Below, in pieces: positions 10,198-19,980 of a stretch of DNA of 64,000 nt. A program made the position numbers and the translations under genes. Source of the stretch: Candidatus Saccharimonadota bacterium (lineage in GTDB: Bacteria; Patescibacteriota; Saccharimonadia; Saccharimonadales; Saccharimonadaceae); the NCBI GenBank assembly GCA_017455145.1, contig JAFTBP010000007.1, positions 19,505 to 83,504 of the forward strand. The letters are read 5' to 3'. Numbering within the stretch: position 1 is the stretch's first letter; each line of letters opens with the position of its first letter. The notes under the pieces are model-generated. The model ran no database searches. It saw nothing but the letters and a program-made list of their open reading frames with translations, and was not told where the DNA came from.

Positions 10198-10276
10198 ATT
10201 CAAATTGTATCGTGTGCATATAAAATGGCAAGCATAGGCACATTTCAAGATATATCATGCTATAATAAGAGAAGCT

Positions 10277-11308
10277 ATGGGAATAGAACGCATCGTCAGT
10301 ACTACCGTTTCAGAAAACGACCAAGAAGAAGAGGTAATTGAAAAATCTCTTCGCCCGCTTTCTTTTGACGAATACATCGGCCAAGACCGTATGAAATCTA
10401 ACCTTAAAATCGCCATTGACGCCGTCAAAAAACGTAAGGCCGAAGGCGACACCGACGCTCCTGGCGCTACATTAGACCATATATTATTATATGGTCCTCC
10501 AGGGTTGGGTAAGACCACTATGGCTAACGTCATCGCTCACGAAATGAACGCCAATCTCAAGATTACTTCCGGCCCTGCCATTGAGCGCGCTGGCGACCTC
10601 GCTAGTATTCTTACTAATCTCCAGGATGGCGACGTTCTCTTTATCGACGAAATCCACCGTCTCCGTCGCACTGTAGAAGAAGTATTATATTCTGCCATGG
10701 AAGATTTTAAGCTGGACATTACTATCGGCAAGGGTCCAGCCGCCCGCTCCGTCCGGCTAGACCTCCCAGGTTTCACCGTGATTGGCGCTACTACTCGCAC
10801 CGGCTCCCTCGCTGGCCCGCTTCGCGACCGTTTTGGCATGCTTCACCGCCTAGAATATTACAAAGAGGGCGAGATTGAACAGATTATTGCTCGTACCGCC
10901 AACATCCTTAATACGCGGATAGAGGACGACGCAGTTAAGCTCCTTGCTACTCGCTCCCGACGTACCCCGCGTATTGCTAACCGCCTCGTCCGTCGCGTGC
11001 GCGATTATGCTGACGTTAATGGTGACGGCATTATAGATACCAGCATCGCCAAATCCGCCCTAGATTTAATGGAAATTGACGAACTCGGCCTAGACCCAGC
11101 AGACAGAAATATGCTAAAACTAATGGAAGAAAACTACGGCGACCGCCCCGTCGGGCTTAATACTATCGCCGCGCTCACTGGCGACGAAGCCACTACTATT
11201 GAAGACTATAACGAACCATATCTCTTACAAATCGGCTTTATTGAACGTACTCCGCGTGGCCGTCGCATTACCGCCAAGGCTAGAGAGCACTTAAAGCATA
11301 GCCACTAG
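10277..11308 (+). CDS. ruvB: Holliday junction DNA helicase RuvB
   Basis: [32 protein letters not shown]. Confidence 0.97.
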   Translation: MGIERIVSTTVSENDQEEEVIEKSLRPLSFDEYIGQDRMKSNLKIAIDAVKKRKAEGDTDAPGATLDHILLYGPPGLGKTTMANVIAHEMNANLKITSGPAIERAGDLASILTNLQDGDVLFIDEIHRLRRTVEEVLYSAMEDFKLDITIGKGPAARSVRLDLPGFTVIGATTRTGSLAGPLRDRFGMLHRLEYYKEGEIEQIIARTANILNTRIEDDAVKLLATRSRRTPRIANRLVRRVRDYADVNGDGIIDTSIAKSALDLMEIDELGLDPADRNMLKLMEENYGDRPVGLNTIAALTGDEATTIEDYNEPYLLQIGFIERTPRGRRITAKAREHLKHSH

Positions 11309-11357
11309 TAATTTTTGCCATTTTGTGCTATAATTAGACTAAGAAAGGGAAATTTGT

Positions 11358-12011
11358 ATGAAGAAAGAACTAATCAAACTTCATCACGCGCGTAGCGCCA
11401 AGGATTTTCCTGAGCTCAAACTTGAAGAAAACGAGTTCGTAGAGCTAGCTATCTCTCGCTCTAAGCTAGGTGTTGTTTTGATGTGGGGCGCCGCCGGTTT
11501 TGGCTACCTAGCCCTCTTTATTGCGATTTTATTCCTGGAGTTTAGTGTTGGTGGCGATGAAATCGTCGCATTTAACGGCTTCGCCAAATCCTATCTCTAT
11601 CTAATTATCCTAGTATTATTCGGCATTATTACGATTGCTACTTTAATTGGTACTAAGGTCTATAACGCTAACCGTCTTTACGTCACTAACAAACGCCTTA
11701 TTCATCACCAGGCCAACTCTCTTTTTTCTAAATCCGTCAATGTGATTGAGCTTCTTTCTATTGAAGACGTCTCCTTCCAACAAGAAAACATCGGCGACCA
11801 TATTTTCAAACTCGGCACTATTCGTATGTCTACCATTGGTGACGAAACTACCTATATTTTCAAATACGTCAACACTCCAAAGGACGAACTAGACACCATT
11901 ACCCACCTCGTCCACATGGAAAAAGAAAAGACCAAACGTCGCCACCGCCGTCCAGAAGAAGACCGCGAGACCGACGACGAAGACGAGTCCGAGTCTACCG
12001 ACACAAAATAA
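11358..12011 (+). CDS. Two-TM membrane protein with bacterial PH domain
   Basis: Two hydrophobic helices, LYVTNKRL...IEDVSF...FKLGTIRMST. Confidence 0.65.
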   Translation: MKKELIKLHHARSAKDFPELKLEENEFVELAISRSKLGVVLMWGAAGFGYLALFIAILFLEFSVGGDEIVAFNGFAKSYLYLIILVLFGIITIATLIGTKVYNANRLYVTNKRLIHHQANSLFSKSVNVIELLSIEDVSFQQENIGDHIFKLGTIRMSTIGDETTYIFKYVNTPKDELDTITHLVHMEKEKTKRRHRRPEEDRETDDEDESESTDTK

Positions 12012-12035
12012 CCCCCTATTTCAGGGGGTTATTTT
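12006..12035. terminator. Bidirectional terminator
   Basis: AAAATAACCCCCT...AGGGGGTTATTTT between convergent genes. Confidence 0.75.
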
Positions 12036-12424
12036 TAGTTACGGTTTTTCTTGATGTAGTCGTCTTCTTTTTCTAGTACCGCGCGAAGCGTATATTCTTT
12101 ACACTCGCCATCTTCGCAGTTGGCTGCTTCATAAGTATAAGAACATCCAGGCTCCCCGACCACAATTCCAGACGGGTCAGAAAACAGTTGCGGGTCTATC
12201 ACTTTTAGATTGCTCTCAGAAATAGTTTCTGGATAATATCCATTCTGTTGATAATACCCTTCTTCTAGCGCATAATACATTGCATTAATCGCGATCTTTC
12301 TATCTTTGTCGCGGTTCATTGCGTCGATGTTGATTTTTTGCAAAAAGAACAGCACTACGGCTAGGCTTGCAAAAGCAATTACGATAATAAGTTCTAAGAT
12401 TGTAAATCCAGATTTGTTTCTCAT
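12035..12424 (-). CDS. Type IV pilin/pseudopilin-like protein
   Basis: Class III signal MRNKSG|FTILELIIVI; start reassigned to 12424 after TGtTATAAT. Confidence 0.85.
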   Translation of the reverse strand: MRNKSGFTILELIIVIAFASLAVVLFFLQKINIDAMNRDKDRKIAINAMYYALEEGYYQQNGYYPETISESNLKVIDPQLFSDPSGIVVGEPGCSYTYEAANCEDGECKEYTLRAVLEKEDDYIKKNRN

Positions 12425-12473
12425 AAAATAATTATAACACAAAGAGGGAATTATGTGTTATAATATGGTAAGT

Positions 12474-12550
12474 GGCAACGTAGCTCAGTTGGTTAGAGCG
12501 TGGGACTCATAAGCCCAAGGTCACTGGTTCGATCCCAGTCGTTGCTACCA
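12474..12550 (+). tRNA. tRNA-Met(CAT), probably elongator
   Basis: GGCAACG/CGTTGCT acceptor, CTCATAA loop, GTTCGATCC T-arm, CCA; no initiator C1:A72 mismatch. Confidence 0.88.
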
Positions 12551-12635
12551 AAATCACCTATCTCGGCATTTTTCCTCGCTCGCTCGCCGATAAGGGCGCG
12601 CTTCGCTCGGAGAAAATACCAATCTAGGCGATTTT
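12550..12635 (-). repeat. tRNA-3'-adjacent structured hairpin element, copy 1
   Basis: Shares the core ATCTCGGCRTTTTTC..CTCGCTCG..CGCGCTTCG..GAGAAAAYACCAATCT with 13903-13987. Confidence 0.8.
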
Positions 12636-13805
12636 TTATTGCTTTTCCCATCCAAACACGTGCCACAGTCTTTCCCAGAACGTCGGTTCTTTTGGAAAAT
12701 CTTCTGCTATGAGCTTTGCCATGTATTCCGTTTCTTCACTTGCTAACTTTAGCGCGCTCGCATCTTCGTTCATCTCTGTCTTTATATTAGAAATCGCCAC
12801 TCCAGAAACATTTTCCGTCGCCACGATTGGCACTTTCCCGGTCCACCAAGATTCATAATATCCCACTTCTTCTCCCTCGCGTACTAATTCGCGAGTTTTT
12901 ATTTGCTCTCTTGCCTTTGCCATTAATTCTTGCGTCGCCGTAAACGACGTTTGTCTAGCCGGCGCACCCATCACGGCCATTGTTACAATTTCTTCACCCT
13001 CTTTATATCCCGAAGCTAGACAATATCCTGACTCGTCGCCGTTATAGCCGGTCTTCACGCCAATAATTCCGTCCACGCCAAGTAACTTATTAGTATTTTC
13101 TATCCTCCCCGCTACCGGTACGTCCGCCGACGCCTTTCCTACGATTTCTGCTAATACCGGTTGCCGGAGCACTGTGTTAGCTAGGATTACCAAATCTTCT
13201 GACGTTCCCGTTGTTTTTGTATTGAATCCGCTTGCATCCGGCCCAATCGTAATAGTACTAGCACCGAGCTTCCGTACCATTTCCGTCGCATATTCGCGGT
13301 AACTATCTATGTCGCCAAACGCCCAGATTGCTAGCGTGTCCGCCATATTATTAGACGAGGGAAGCATTGCCGAGGTCAGTGCGTCATATTCAGAAATCTC
13401 CTCGCCCAGTGCTACTTTAGAGGTGGAGCCATTGTTCGTGTTGTACCATATATAATTATTATATAGTTCCGGTGTAATAGTAATCGTCTCGCCAGCCTCG
13501 CCCAGCGCGAACGGCTTTTTCTCCATCACGGCCAGCGCCATAATCATTTTGGCCGTGCTCGCAATCGGTTTTATTTCTGTGTCCATACTACTTTCTGCTA
13601 CCACTTTTCCATTTAGCGCTACGGACCATTGCCCAAACCCAGGACTGTATTCTATCCCGCGATAGTCTACTGTCGGCGCTACATATGTGAAATAGCGTGC
13701 GATTTCTGTGTCCATCGTCGCCATGCGTAATGCCACAAAACTCAAAAACCCCGCCAAAATCAGGCAGGGAAATATCCAAATTTTTCTGTATCGTCTTTGT
13801 GTCAT
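12636..13805 (-). CDS. dacA: D-alanyl-D-alanine carboxypeptidase (peptidase S11)
   Basis: SxxK (ASTAK), SxN (SSN), KTG motifs; start reassigned to 13805 because the longer ORF overlaps tRNA-Ser. Confidence 0.85.
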   Translation of the reverse strand: MTQRRYRKIWIFPCLILAGFLSFVALRMATMDTEIARYFTYVAPTVDYRGIEYSPGFGQWSVALNGKVVAESSMDTEIKPIASTAKMIMALAVMEKKPFALGEAGETITITPELYNNYIWYNTNNGSTSKVALGEEISEYDALTSAMLPSSNNMADTLAIWAFGDIDSYREYATEMVRKLGASTITIGPDASGFNTKTTGTSEDLVILANTVLRQPVLAEIVGKASADVPVAGRIENTNKLLGVDGIIGVKTGYNGDESGYCLASGYKEGEEIVTMAVMGAPARQTSFTATQELMAKAREQIKTRELVREGEEVGYYESWWTGKVPIVATENVSGVAISNIKTEMNEDASALKLASEETEYMAKLIAEDFPKEPTFWERLWHVFGWEKQ

Positions 13806-13811
13806 AATTTC

Positions 13812-13897
13812 TGGCGGAAGGGACAGGATTCGAACCTGCGGAGCTTTCACTCTCTGGTTTTCAAGACCAGTGCCATCAACCACTCGGCCACCCTTCC
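13812..13897 (-). tRNA. tRNA-Ser(TGA)
   Basis: GGAAGGG/CCCTTCC acceptor, CTGGT-CTTGAAA-ACCAG arm, long variable arm, G73-CCA. Confidence 0.93.
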
Positions 13898-13902
13898 TCG
13901 GT

Positions 13903-13987
13903 AGGGACGTTCAGATTGGTGTTTTCTCGCTCCGAAGCGCGATTATACATCGAGCGAGGAGCGAAAAACGCCGAGATGGACGTTCCT
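13903..13987 (+). repeat. tRNA-3'-adjacent structured hairpin element, copy 2
   Basis: Same core as 12550-12635, in the same orientation relative to its tRNA, with compensatory changes. Confidence 0.8.
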
Positions 13988-14061
13988 GGTACCCCGGGTT
14001 GGAATCGAACCAGCATTGTATCCTTAGAGGGGATATGTCCTATCCGTTGAACGACCGGGGC
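13987..14061 (-). tRNA. tRNA-Arg(TCT), atypical C33
   Basis: GCCCCGG/CCGGGGT acceptor, TATCC-CCTCTAA-GGATA arm, GTTCGATTC, CCA. Confidence 0.85.
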
Positions 14062-14247
14062 ACTCTCTATATTATAACTAAAAATCGCCCAAAATACAAG
14101 TTCTGCTAATCTTAGGCGTATTCAAACCGCTCTTGCTTGCCGTATCTGTCTAACAGTGGTAAAATATCCACCAATGGGCGTTGAGGAGCGCGCATTTTTA
14201 TTGTATCTATAAACTTGCACATTAAAACATTAAAGGGGGTAGTAAAC

Positions 14248-16470
14248 ATGACAGTATACTATGCAGTAGTCGCAATAGCAATATTGGCTCTTATAGTATT
14301 GGCTAGAAACTTCGCCGACTTAAAAGCGCACGATGAAGGCACGGAGGAGATGAAAGACCTTGCGCAGATTATCAGAGACGGTGCAAAAACCTTCTTGAGC
14401 AGGGAATACCGCATCATTGTCCCGACAGCAATTGTTGTCGCACTAATCTATACTACGTTCATGGAAGTATCTTCTGGTCTGACATTTGTATTGGGCGCAC
14501 TCATGAGTTCTTGCGCTTGCCTTGTTGGTATGCGTGGTGGTACTTATGGTAACGTCCGTACTACTAACGCCGCCAGAGTTACTGGTTACATGAGTAGAAC
14601 TATCCGTATCGCTCTAATGAGCGGTAGTATTAGTGGATTTGCGGTTCCAGCTTTTGGAATTTTGGGCGCCTCTATTGTTTGGATTTTATCCGGCGGTCTT
14701 GACGCCAATGTAGCTGGCAAGAGCTTGATAGAAATCATCACCGGGCTTGATCTGGGAGCTTCTGCTAGCTCACTCACTATGCGTCTGACCACATATTCAC
14801 TTGGCTGTTCTACTGTGGCAATGTTTAACCGTGTTGCTGGTGGTAACTACACCAAGGCTGCAGACATCTCTGCAGATATCGTCGGCAAAAACGTAATGAA
14901 TCTTCCCGAAGACGATTCTCGTATGCCTAACACTATCGCTGACTTTATTGGCGACTGTGTTAACGACATCGCCGGCAACGTTTCTGACTTGCTAGAATCA
15001 TTTGTGGCCACTCCCGTAGCGGTCATCCTGGTTTCCCTGCAGAACTTTGGTGCTAGAGCGGACCTCTTAGCGGCAGCCTGCGTTTATCCGTTCATCTTAG
15101 CGGGTGGCGGACTTTTAGCTAGTGTTATCGGCGTTAACTATATCATCTTAAAGAATCGTAAACAAATTAAGGTGATAGACGGCGTAGAAACCGAAGTTTC
15201 TCGCGAAGATGTTGATCCCGAAGACGAGCTTAATCGCGCTACAATAGTTTCTGCTATTGCAGTTGCTTTGATCGGTCTGTTCTCCGCTAGAGCAGTCTTT
15301 GGCGATATCGCTCTGCCGAATTCGTTTAGGGTTGGTTGGATTTCTCCTTGCGTGGCAGCAGTACTTGGTATGATTAGCTCTGTTGCAGTCGGCAAGTTGA
15401 CCGAAGTCTATACTAGTCTTAAGTCTAGACACGTTAAACGCCTGGCTTACATGTCTCTAGAGGGAGAAGCTTTTGTTGTCACGGAAGGTGATGCCATTGG
15501 CTCTCTTTCTGTGCTTGCACCTTCCGCTGTAATCGTTATTTCAATGATTATTTCATGCTCACTTTGCGGAGCATATGGTATCGCTATCGCCGCTCTTGGC
15601 ATGCTTAGCTTTGTTGGTACTACTGTTTCTATTGACGCTTTTGGGCCTGTTGCAGATAACGCCGGCGGTATTGCCGAATCTTGTCACTTAGACCCCGAAG
15701 TTAGAGTTATTACTGATGAACTTGACGCCGTAGGTAACACTACTGCCGCTATCGGTAAAGGTAATGCTATCGGCGCAGCCGCTTTTGCTACGGTCGCCCT
15801 GATTATGTCGTTCATCGGCTCATTCCCGCTTCCGGATTTCTCCGAAGCTATGACCTGGGTTATGATACTCGGCGGAATCTTCATTGGTGGCGCTCTGATA
15901 GAATTCTTTATTTCTATCCTGACTAGAAACACCATTTCCGCAGCTAAGGATTTGGCTGACGCCGGCGCTAGACAGCTCAATAATAATCCCAAGATTCTTA
16001 CCGGCGAAATGCGTCCGGACTACGAGTCTATTATTAGTAAGGCATCAGATGACGCGCTAAGACATATGTTCTTGCCTGCTATTCTGGCACTGATTGTTCC
16101 AGTTGGCTGTGGTTTCTTGTTTGGACCAGTATTTATTCTGGGACTTCTAGTTGGAGCTACGGCTTATGCTATCGGACGAGCCCTGTTTATGGGCAACTCT
16201 GGTGGCGCATTTGATAACGGCAAAAAGTTCATTGAATGTGGAATGCTCTATCAGCTTGGCGAAGACGGCGAGCCTATCACCGATAAAGATGGTAATCATA
16301 TTGTTATCGGCAAAGGTACTCCCGCTCACAAAGCCGCCGTTACTGGTGATACTGTTGGCGACACCAGAAAAGATGTTGTTGGCGTAGCCCTGGACATTTT
16401 TATCAAGATGATGTCCACCGTTTCAAACAGCTTAGCACCTATGTTTTATGCTTTCCAGCTGTTTAGATAA
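14248..16470 (+). CDS. hppA: Membrane-integral pyrophosphatase (K+-dependent type, Na+ or H+ pumping)
   Basis: GGNYTKAADISADIVGK, DNAGGIAE, GNTTAA, GDTVGD motifs, many TM helices. Confidence 0.93.
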   Translation: MTVYYAVVAIAILALIVLARNFADLKAHDEGTEEMKDLAQIIRDGAKTFLSREYRIIVPTAIVVALIYTTFMEVSSGLTFVLGALMSSCACLVGMRGGTYGNVRTTNAARVTGYMSRTIRIALMSGSISGFAVPAFGILGASIVWILSGGLDANVAGKSLIEIITGLDLGASASSLTMRLTTYSLGCSTVAMFNRVAGGNYTKAADISADIVGKNVMNLPEDDSRMPNTIADFIGDCVNDIAGNVSDLLESFVATPVAVILVSLQNFGARADLLAAACVYPFILAGGGLLASVIGVNYIILKNRKQIKVIDGVETEVSREDVDPEDELNRATIVSAIAVALIGLFSARAVFGDIALPNSFRVGWISPCVAAVLGMISSVAVGKLTEVYTSLKSRHVKRLAYMSLEGEAFVVTEGDAIGSLSVLAPSAVIVISMIISCSLCGAYGIAIAALGMLSFVGTTVSIDAFGPVADNAGGIAESCHLDPEVRVITDELDAVGNTTAAIGKGNAIGAAAFATVALIMSFIGSFPLPDFSEAMTWVMILGGIFIGGALIEFFISILTRNTISAAKDLADAGARQLNNNPKILTGEMRPDYESIISKASDDALRHMFLPAILALIVPVGCGFLFGPVFILGLLVGATAYAIGRALFMGNSGGAFDNGKKFIECGMLYQLGEDGEPITDKDGNHIVIGKGTPAHKAAVTGDTVGDTRKDVVGVALDIFIKMMSTVSNSLAPMFYAFQLFR

Positions 16471-16482
16471 ACAAATACTCCT

Positions 16483-16511
16483 CAAAAAGCCCCGATTTTT
16501 CGGGGCTTTTT
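16483..16511 (+). terminator. Rho-independent terminator
   Basis: AAAAAGCCCCGA..TCGGGGCTTTTT. Confidence 0.8.
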
Positions 16512-16554
16512 CAAGTATTGCAAAAAAATGCCAAATCTGATAAAATAATATTAC

Positions 16555-16629
16555 GGTCTCGTAGTATAACGGTTAGTACATTGGGTTTTCATCCCAACAA
16601 CGCGAGTTCGACTCTCGCCGAGATCACCA
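16555..16629 (+). tRNA. tRNA-Glu(TTC)
   Basis: TTGGG-TTTTCAT-CCCAA anticodon arm, GAGTTCGACTCTC T-arm, CCA. Confidence 0.92.
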
Positions 16630-16660
16630 CGTTTTATCCTTATCCCCATAGGGGATATTT

Positions 16661-17125
16661 TTATTGGTACTCGCAATCATAAGTATATTTCACCTCATAG
16701 TCCGTACGCCCATACGGCGGATATGGAATAATCTGGATAGCGGTCTGGTTAGTATTGCAATAATACTGCCCATCAAAATACGCTCTAGATTTAGCATTTC
16801 TTCCATCATCAAACAATAATAACTCACGCAAATACGTCTTTGGGAACCCATATTCGGAATACGTCGTAAACGCTAGTGTATAGTCGCTCTCTGGGATTTT
16901 TTGTGTAAACACATCATAATAATAATTCTCATAATAATCCTTGGCCAATCTCTGTAGCTCGTCCTCGGCGAGCTTTTTTGGATCAAACACCGCGTGCGCC
17001 CCTAAGTTAAAGAAAACCAATCCAATACACAAAATAATTGCGAGCGTCGTAAACTTACGCGCAATCGGTTCAATCGGAAAATGAAGCGGTTCCGCTTTAT
17101 ATGGGTACGAATAATACCTCCGCAT
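16661..17125 (-). CDS. Hypothetical single-TM protein
   Basis: 154-aa ORF with one hydrophobic helix, TGgTAAAAT just upstream. Confidence 0.65.
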   Translation of the reverse strand: MRRYYSYPYKAEPLHFPIEPIARKFTTLAIILCIGLVFFNLGAHAVFDPKKLAEDELQRLAKDYYENYYYDVFTQKIPESDYTLAFTTYSEYGFPKTYLRELLLFDDGRNAKSRAYFDGQYYCNTNQTAIQIIPYPPYGRTDYEVKYTYDCEYQ

Positions 17126-17180
17126 ACCTAAATTTTACCATAAAAATAATAAAACTCCATAATTCTGCTATAATAGGGGT

Positions 17181-18614
17181 ATGAGTAAATTGTTTAAGAG
17201 AACCAAAATCCTTGCCACTATTGGCCCCGCTACCTTTTCTGCCGAAAAAATTGAAGAACTAATTATGGCCGGAGTTAACGGTTGCCGTCTGAACTTTTCT
17301 CACGGCGATTATATTGAGCGCGACCAGCAAATCGCCTGGATTCGCGAAGCCGCCGCTAAAAAAGGCCGTTCCGTTGCTATTCTCCAGGATCTCCAGGGTC
17401 CTAAAATCCGTCTCGGCAACATCAAAGACAACCGCTATGATGTTCACGTTGGCGACGAGCTAATTCTAGACCACGCTGTTACCGAGCACGATGGCAGTAA
17501 CGTCATTCCTATCCAATACAATCTAGCCGAGAAAGTTAAAGTCGGCGAGCCTCTCTCTATGTTTGACGGCAAGATTAAATCCACCGTCATAGACATTGTC
17601 AGCAAGACTGCCATCAAGATTAAGATAGAGAACGAAGGTTTCATCATGAGCCACAAGGGTCTCAACCTTCCTGACACCGACTTTGGTGGTGACATCATTA
17701 CAGAAAAAGACATGGCCGACATTGAGTTTGGCGCCTCCCGTGACTTTGACTATGTTGCGCTTTCCTTTGTCCAGAGCGCAGACGATATTGATAAACTCCG
17801 CCAGATTTTACTTTCCCACGGTTCCACCGCCCAGATTATTGCCAAGATTGAGACTAAAAAAGCCATAGAAACCGACGAAGCTATGGAGGCTATCGTCGAG
17901 GCCGCTGATGGTATTATGGTCGCTCGTGGCGATATGGCCGTTGAGGCCGGCGCCGAAGTCGTTCCTATTGTCCAGAGAAAACTAATCGCAATGTGTCGCG
18001 AACACGGCAAGATTTGTATCGTCGCTACCCAGATGATGGGCTCTATGGTAGATAATCCTGCCCCTACTCGCGCCGAGGTCTCCGACGTCGCTAACGCTGT
18101 CATCCAGGGTGCTGATGCCGTAATGCTATCTGATGAGACCGCTAACGGTAAATACCCAGTAGAAACCGTCAAGGCCATGAAAAAGGTTATTCTATATACC
18201 CAGAACCACTCCCATGTTTCCCCAATTAACCATGAGGTTACGGGTGAATTCAAAAACTACGACGCTATCGCCGGTGGTGTTACTCAACTTGCCGAGAAAA
18301 TCGGTGCAGATGTTATCGTCTGCCAGACCGCCTCTGGCGCAACCTCTGCCGCTATTGCCGCTCAGCGCCCTAGTCTTCCGCTAATTTCCGTTACGAGTAA
18401 CGCCCGCGTTGCTGGCCAGCTCGCTCTTACCTATGCTAACTCTTCCTTTGTCCGCCCATATTCAGAGAATTATGGCTACGATCTAGCCGTAGAACTAAAG
18501 AACTCCGGCTATCTACAAATAGAAGAGGGTAAGAAAGACATCCTCGCCGTCATTATTTCCGGCCACAAAGACGCCGTCGGAGGCTCAGACACTATCAAAA
18601 TCGTCAGAATTTAA
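17181..18614 (+). CDS. pyk: Pyruvate kinase
   Basis: RTKILATIGP, RLNFSHG, IAKIE, MVARGD, ATQM, MLSDET. Confidence 0.97.
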   Translation: MSKLFKRTKILATIGPATFSAEKIEELIMAGVNGCRLNFSHGDYIERDQQIAWIREAAAKKGRSVAILQDLQGPKIRLGNIKDNRYDVHVGDELILDHAVTEHDGSNVIPIQYNLAEKVKVGEPLSMFDGKIKSTVIDIVSKTAIKIKIENEGFIMSHKGLNLPDTDFGGDIITEKDMADIEFGASRDFDYVALSFVQSADDIDKLRQILLSHGSTAQIIAKIETKKAIETDEAMEAIVEAADGIMVARGDMAVEAGAEVVPIVQRKLIAMCREHGKICIVATQMMGSMVDNPAPTRAEVSDVANAVIQGADAVMLSDETANGKYPVETVKAMKKVILYTQNHSHVSPINHEVTGEFKNYDAIAGGVTQLAEKIGADVIVCQTASGATSAAIAAQRPSLPLISVTSNARVAGQLALTYANSSFVRPYSENYGYDLAVELKNSGYLQIEEGKKDILAVIISGHKDAVGGSDTIKIVRI

Positions 18615-18634
18615 GTTTAATTTTTGGAGGTAAT

Positions 18635-19702
18635 ATGTTTGATAAAGAAGTTATCACGAATGTCAAAGTTCGTGGCCAGACTGTTCTGGTCCGCGTAGAT
18701 TATAATGTCCCAATCAATGATGGTGTTATTACAGATGATTTGCGCATTCGCGCTAGTTTTCCAACCCTGGAACTACTAGCCAAAAAAGGTGCTCGCCGTA
18801 TTGTCCTCATTTCTCATCTTGGTCGCCCAGAAGGGAAAAAGGTGCCAGAATTATCCTTGAAACCTGTCGCCGATAGACTAAAAGAGCTCTTACCAGATAA
18901 AAAAGTCTTCTTCGTTGGAGATGTTTCTGGTCCAGACGTAGAGGAGGCCGTAGAAAAGTTACCAGTAGGTGGAATTTTACTCCTAGAAAACTTACGCTTC
19001 TTCCCTGGAGAAGAAAAAGACTCTGCCGAATTTGCCAAAGAAATCGTTGATGCTACCCACGCCGACATTTTTGTCCAAGATGGATTTGCTGTAGTCCATC
19101 GCGCCCACGCTTCTACCGACGCTATCACCAAAGAACTCCCATCTGTTGCGGGTCTGCTACTAGAAAAAGAAGTTACTTCACTTCTCAAAATCTCCGAATC
19201 CCCAGCCCATCCATTCGTCGTAATTATTGGGGGCGCCAAGGTGGAGGACAAACAGCCTCTTATTGATAAATTTGGCCGTATTGCCGATAAAATCATCGTA
19301 GGAGGCAAGATTTCTGCAGAGGGCTATACTAGCCCACTTAAGAATGTTTACGTCGTAGAGGACTTCTCTGACGCTTCAAAGTGTGATTCTGGCCCAATTT
19401 CTACTGCAAAAATCGTTGATTTTGTCAAAAATGCCAAAACCGTCCTCTGGAATGGCCTACTCGGTAAGGCTGAAGAGCCAGAATACGCCACCTCTAGCAC
19501 CGCCCTTGCAGAGTGCCTAGGCGAGCTAAAAAACGTCACCAGCATTATCTGTGGAGGCGACACGAGCGGTTTTGTCGAGAATTTACAAAAAGAACATAAA
19601 GATTTACACTATTCTCTTGTTTCTACCGGTGGTGGCGCTGCACTAGAACTTCTCTGTGGCAATGATATGCCTGGTATTGACGCCCTAGACGACAAAGCCT
19701 AA
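18635..19702 (+). CDS. pgk: Phosphoglycerate kinase (shortened C-domain)
   Basis: RVDYNVP, SHLGRP, LLENLRF, HRAHAS, GGAKV, STGGGA. Confidence 0.95.
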   Translation: MFDKEVITNVKVRGQTVLVRVDYNVPINDGVITDDLRIRASFPTLELLAKKGARRIVLISHLGRPEGKKVPELSLKPVADRLKELLPDKKVFFVGDVSGPDVEEAVEKLPVGGILLLENLRFFPGEEKDSAEFAKEIVDATHADIFVQDGFAVVHRAHASTDAITKELPSVAGLLLEKEVTSLLKISESPAHPFVVIIGGAKVEDKQPLIDKFGRIADKIIVGGKISAEGYTSPLKNVYVVEDFSDASKCDSGPISTAKIVDFVKNAKTVLWNGLLGKAEEPEYATSSTALAECLGELKNVTSIICGGDTSGFVENLQKEHKDLHYSLVSTGGGAALELLCGNDMPGIDALDDKA

Positions 19703-19714
19703 AAACATACTTCT

Positions 19715-19739
19715 AGAGCCGTACCCACGGCTCTTTTTT
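19715..19739 (+). terminator. pgk terminator (8-bp stem, 4-nt loop)
   Basis: AGAGCCGT-ACCC-ACGGCTCT followed by a T run. Confidence 0.8.
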
Positions 19740-19740
19740 C

Positions 19741-19980
19741 GGCGACGCAACGGACAGAGTAGCCGTAGGTCTTATAACCCGAACCATCTGGGTAGGCATA
19801 ATTGCCGTTATAGTACAGGAGGCGGGCGTTGGTAGCGGAGTCAGAGCCTGCCGACCAGAAGTAGCCGTTCGTACCCTGACCGTAAACCTTACCGTCAGCC
19901 CTGCCCACGTTGCCTGAATACGGCAGTGAGAATGGGAATTGATGGAGTGTATCATTGACGCGGGTGGAGCCTTGGCCGCC
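19741..19980 (-). pseudogene. Orphan (silent) C-terminal variable cassette C of the Fib_succ_major-like adhesin
   Basis: 80 codons GGQGSTRVNDTLHQFPFSLP...GYSVRCVA, colinear without indels with the 3' end of 52208-54256; anchor 59/61 nt identical; no obvious promoter, SD or N-terminus. Confidence 0.88.

Noticed and set aside
12550-12635. tRNA-adjacent element as an integron attC site
   Set aside because: Lacks RYYYAAC/GTTRRRY ends and no integron integrase is present
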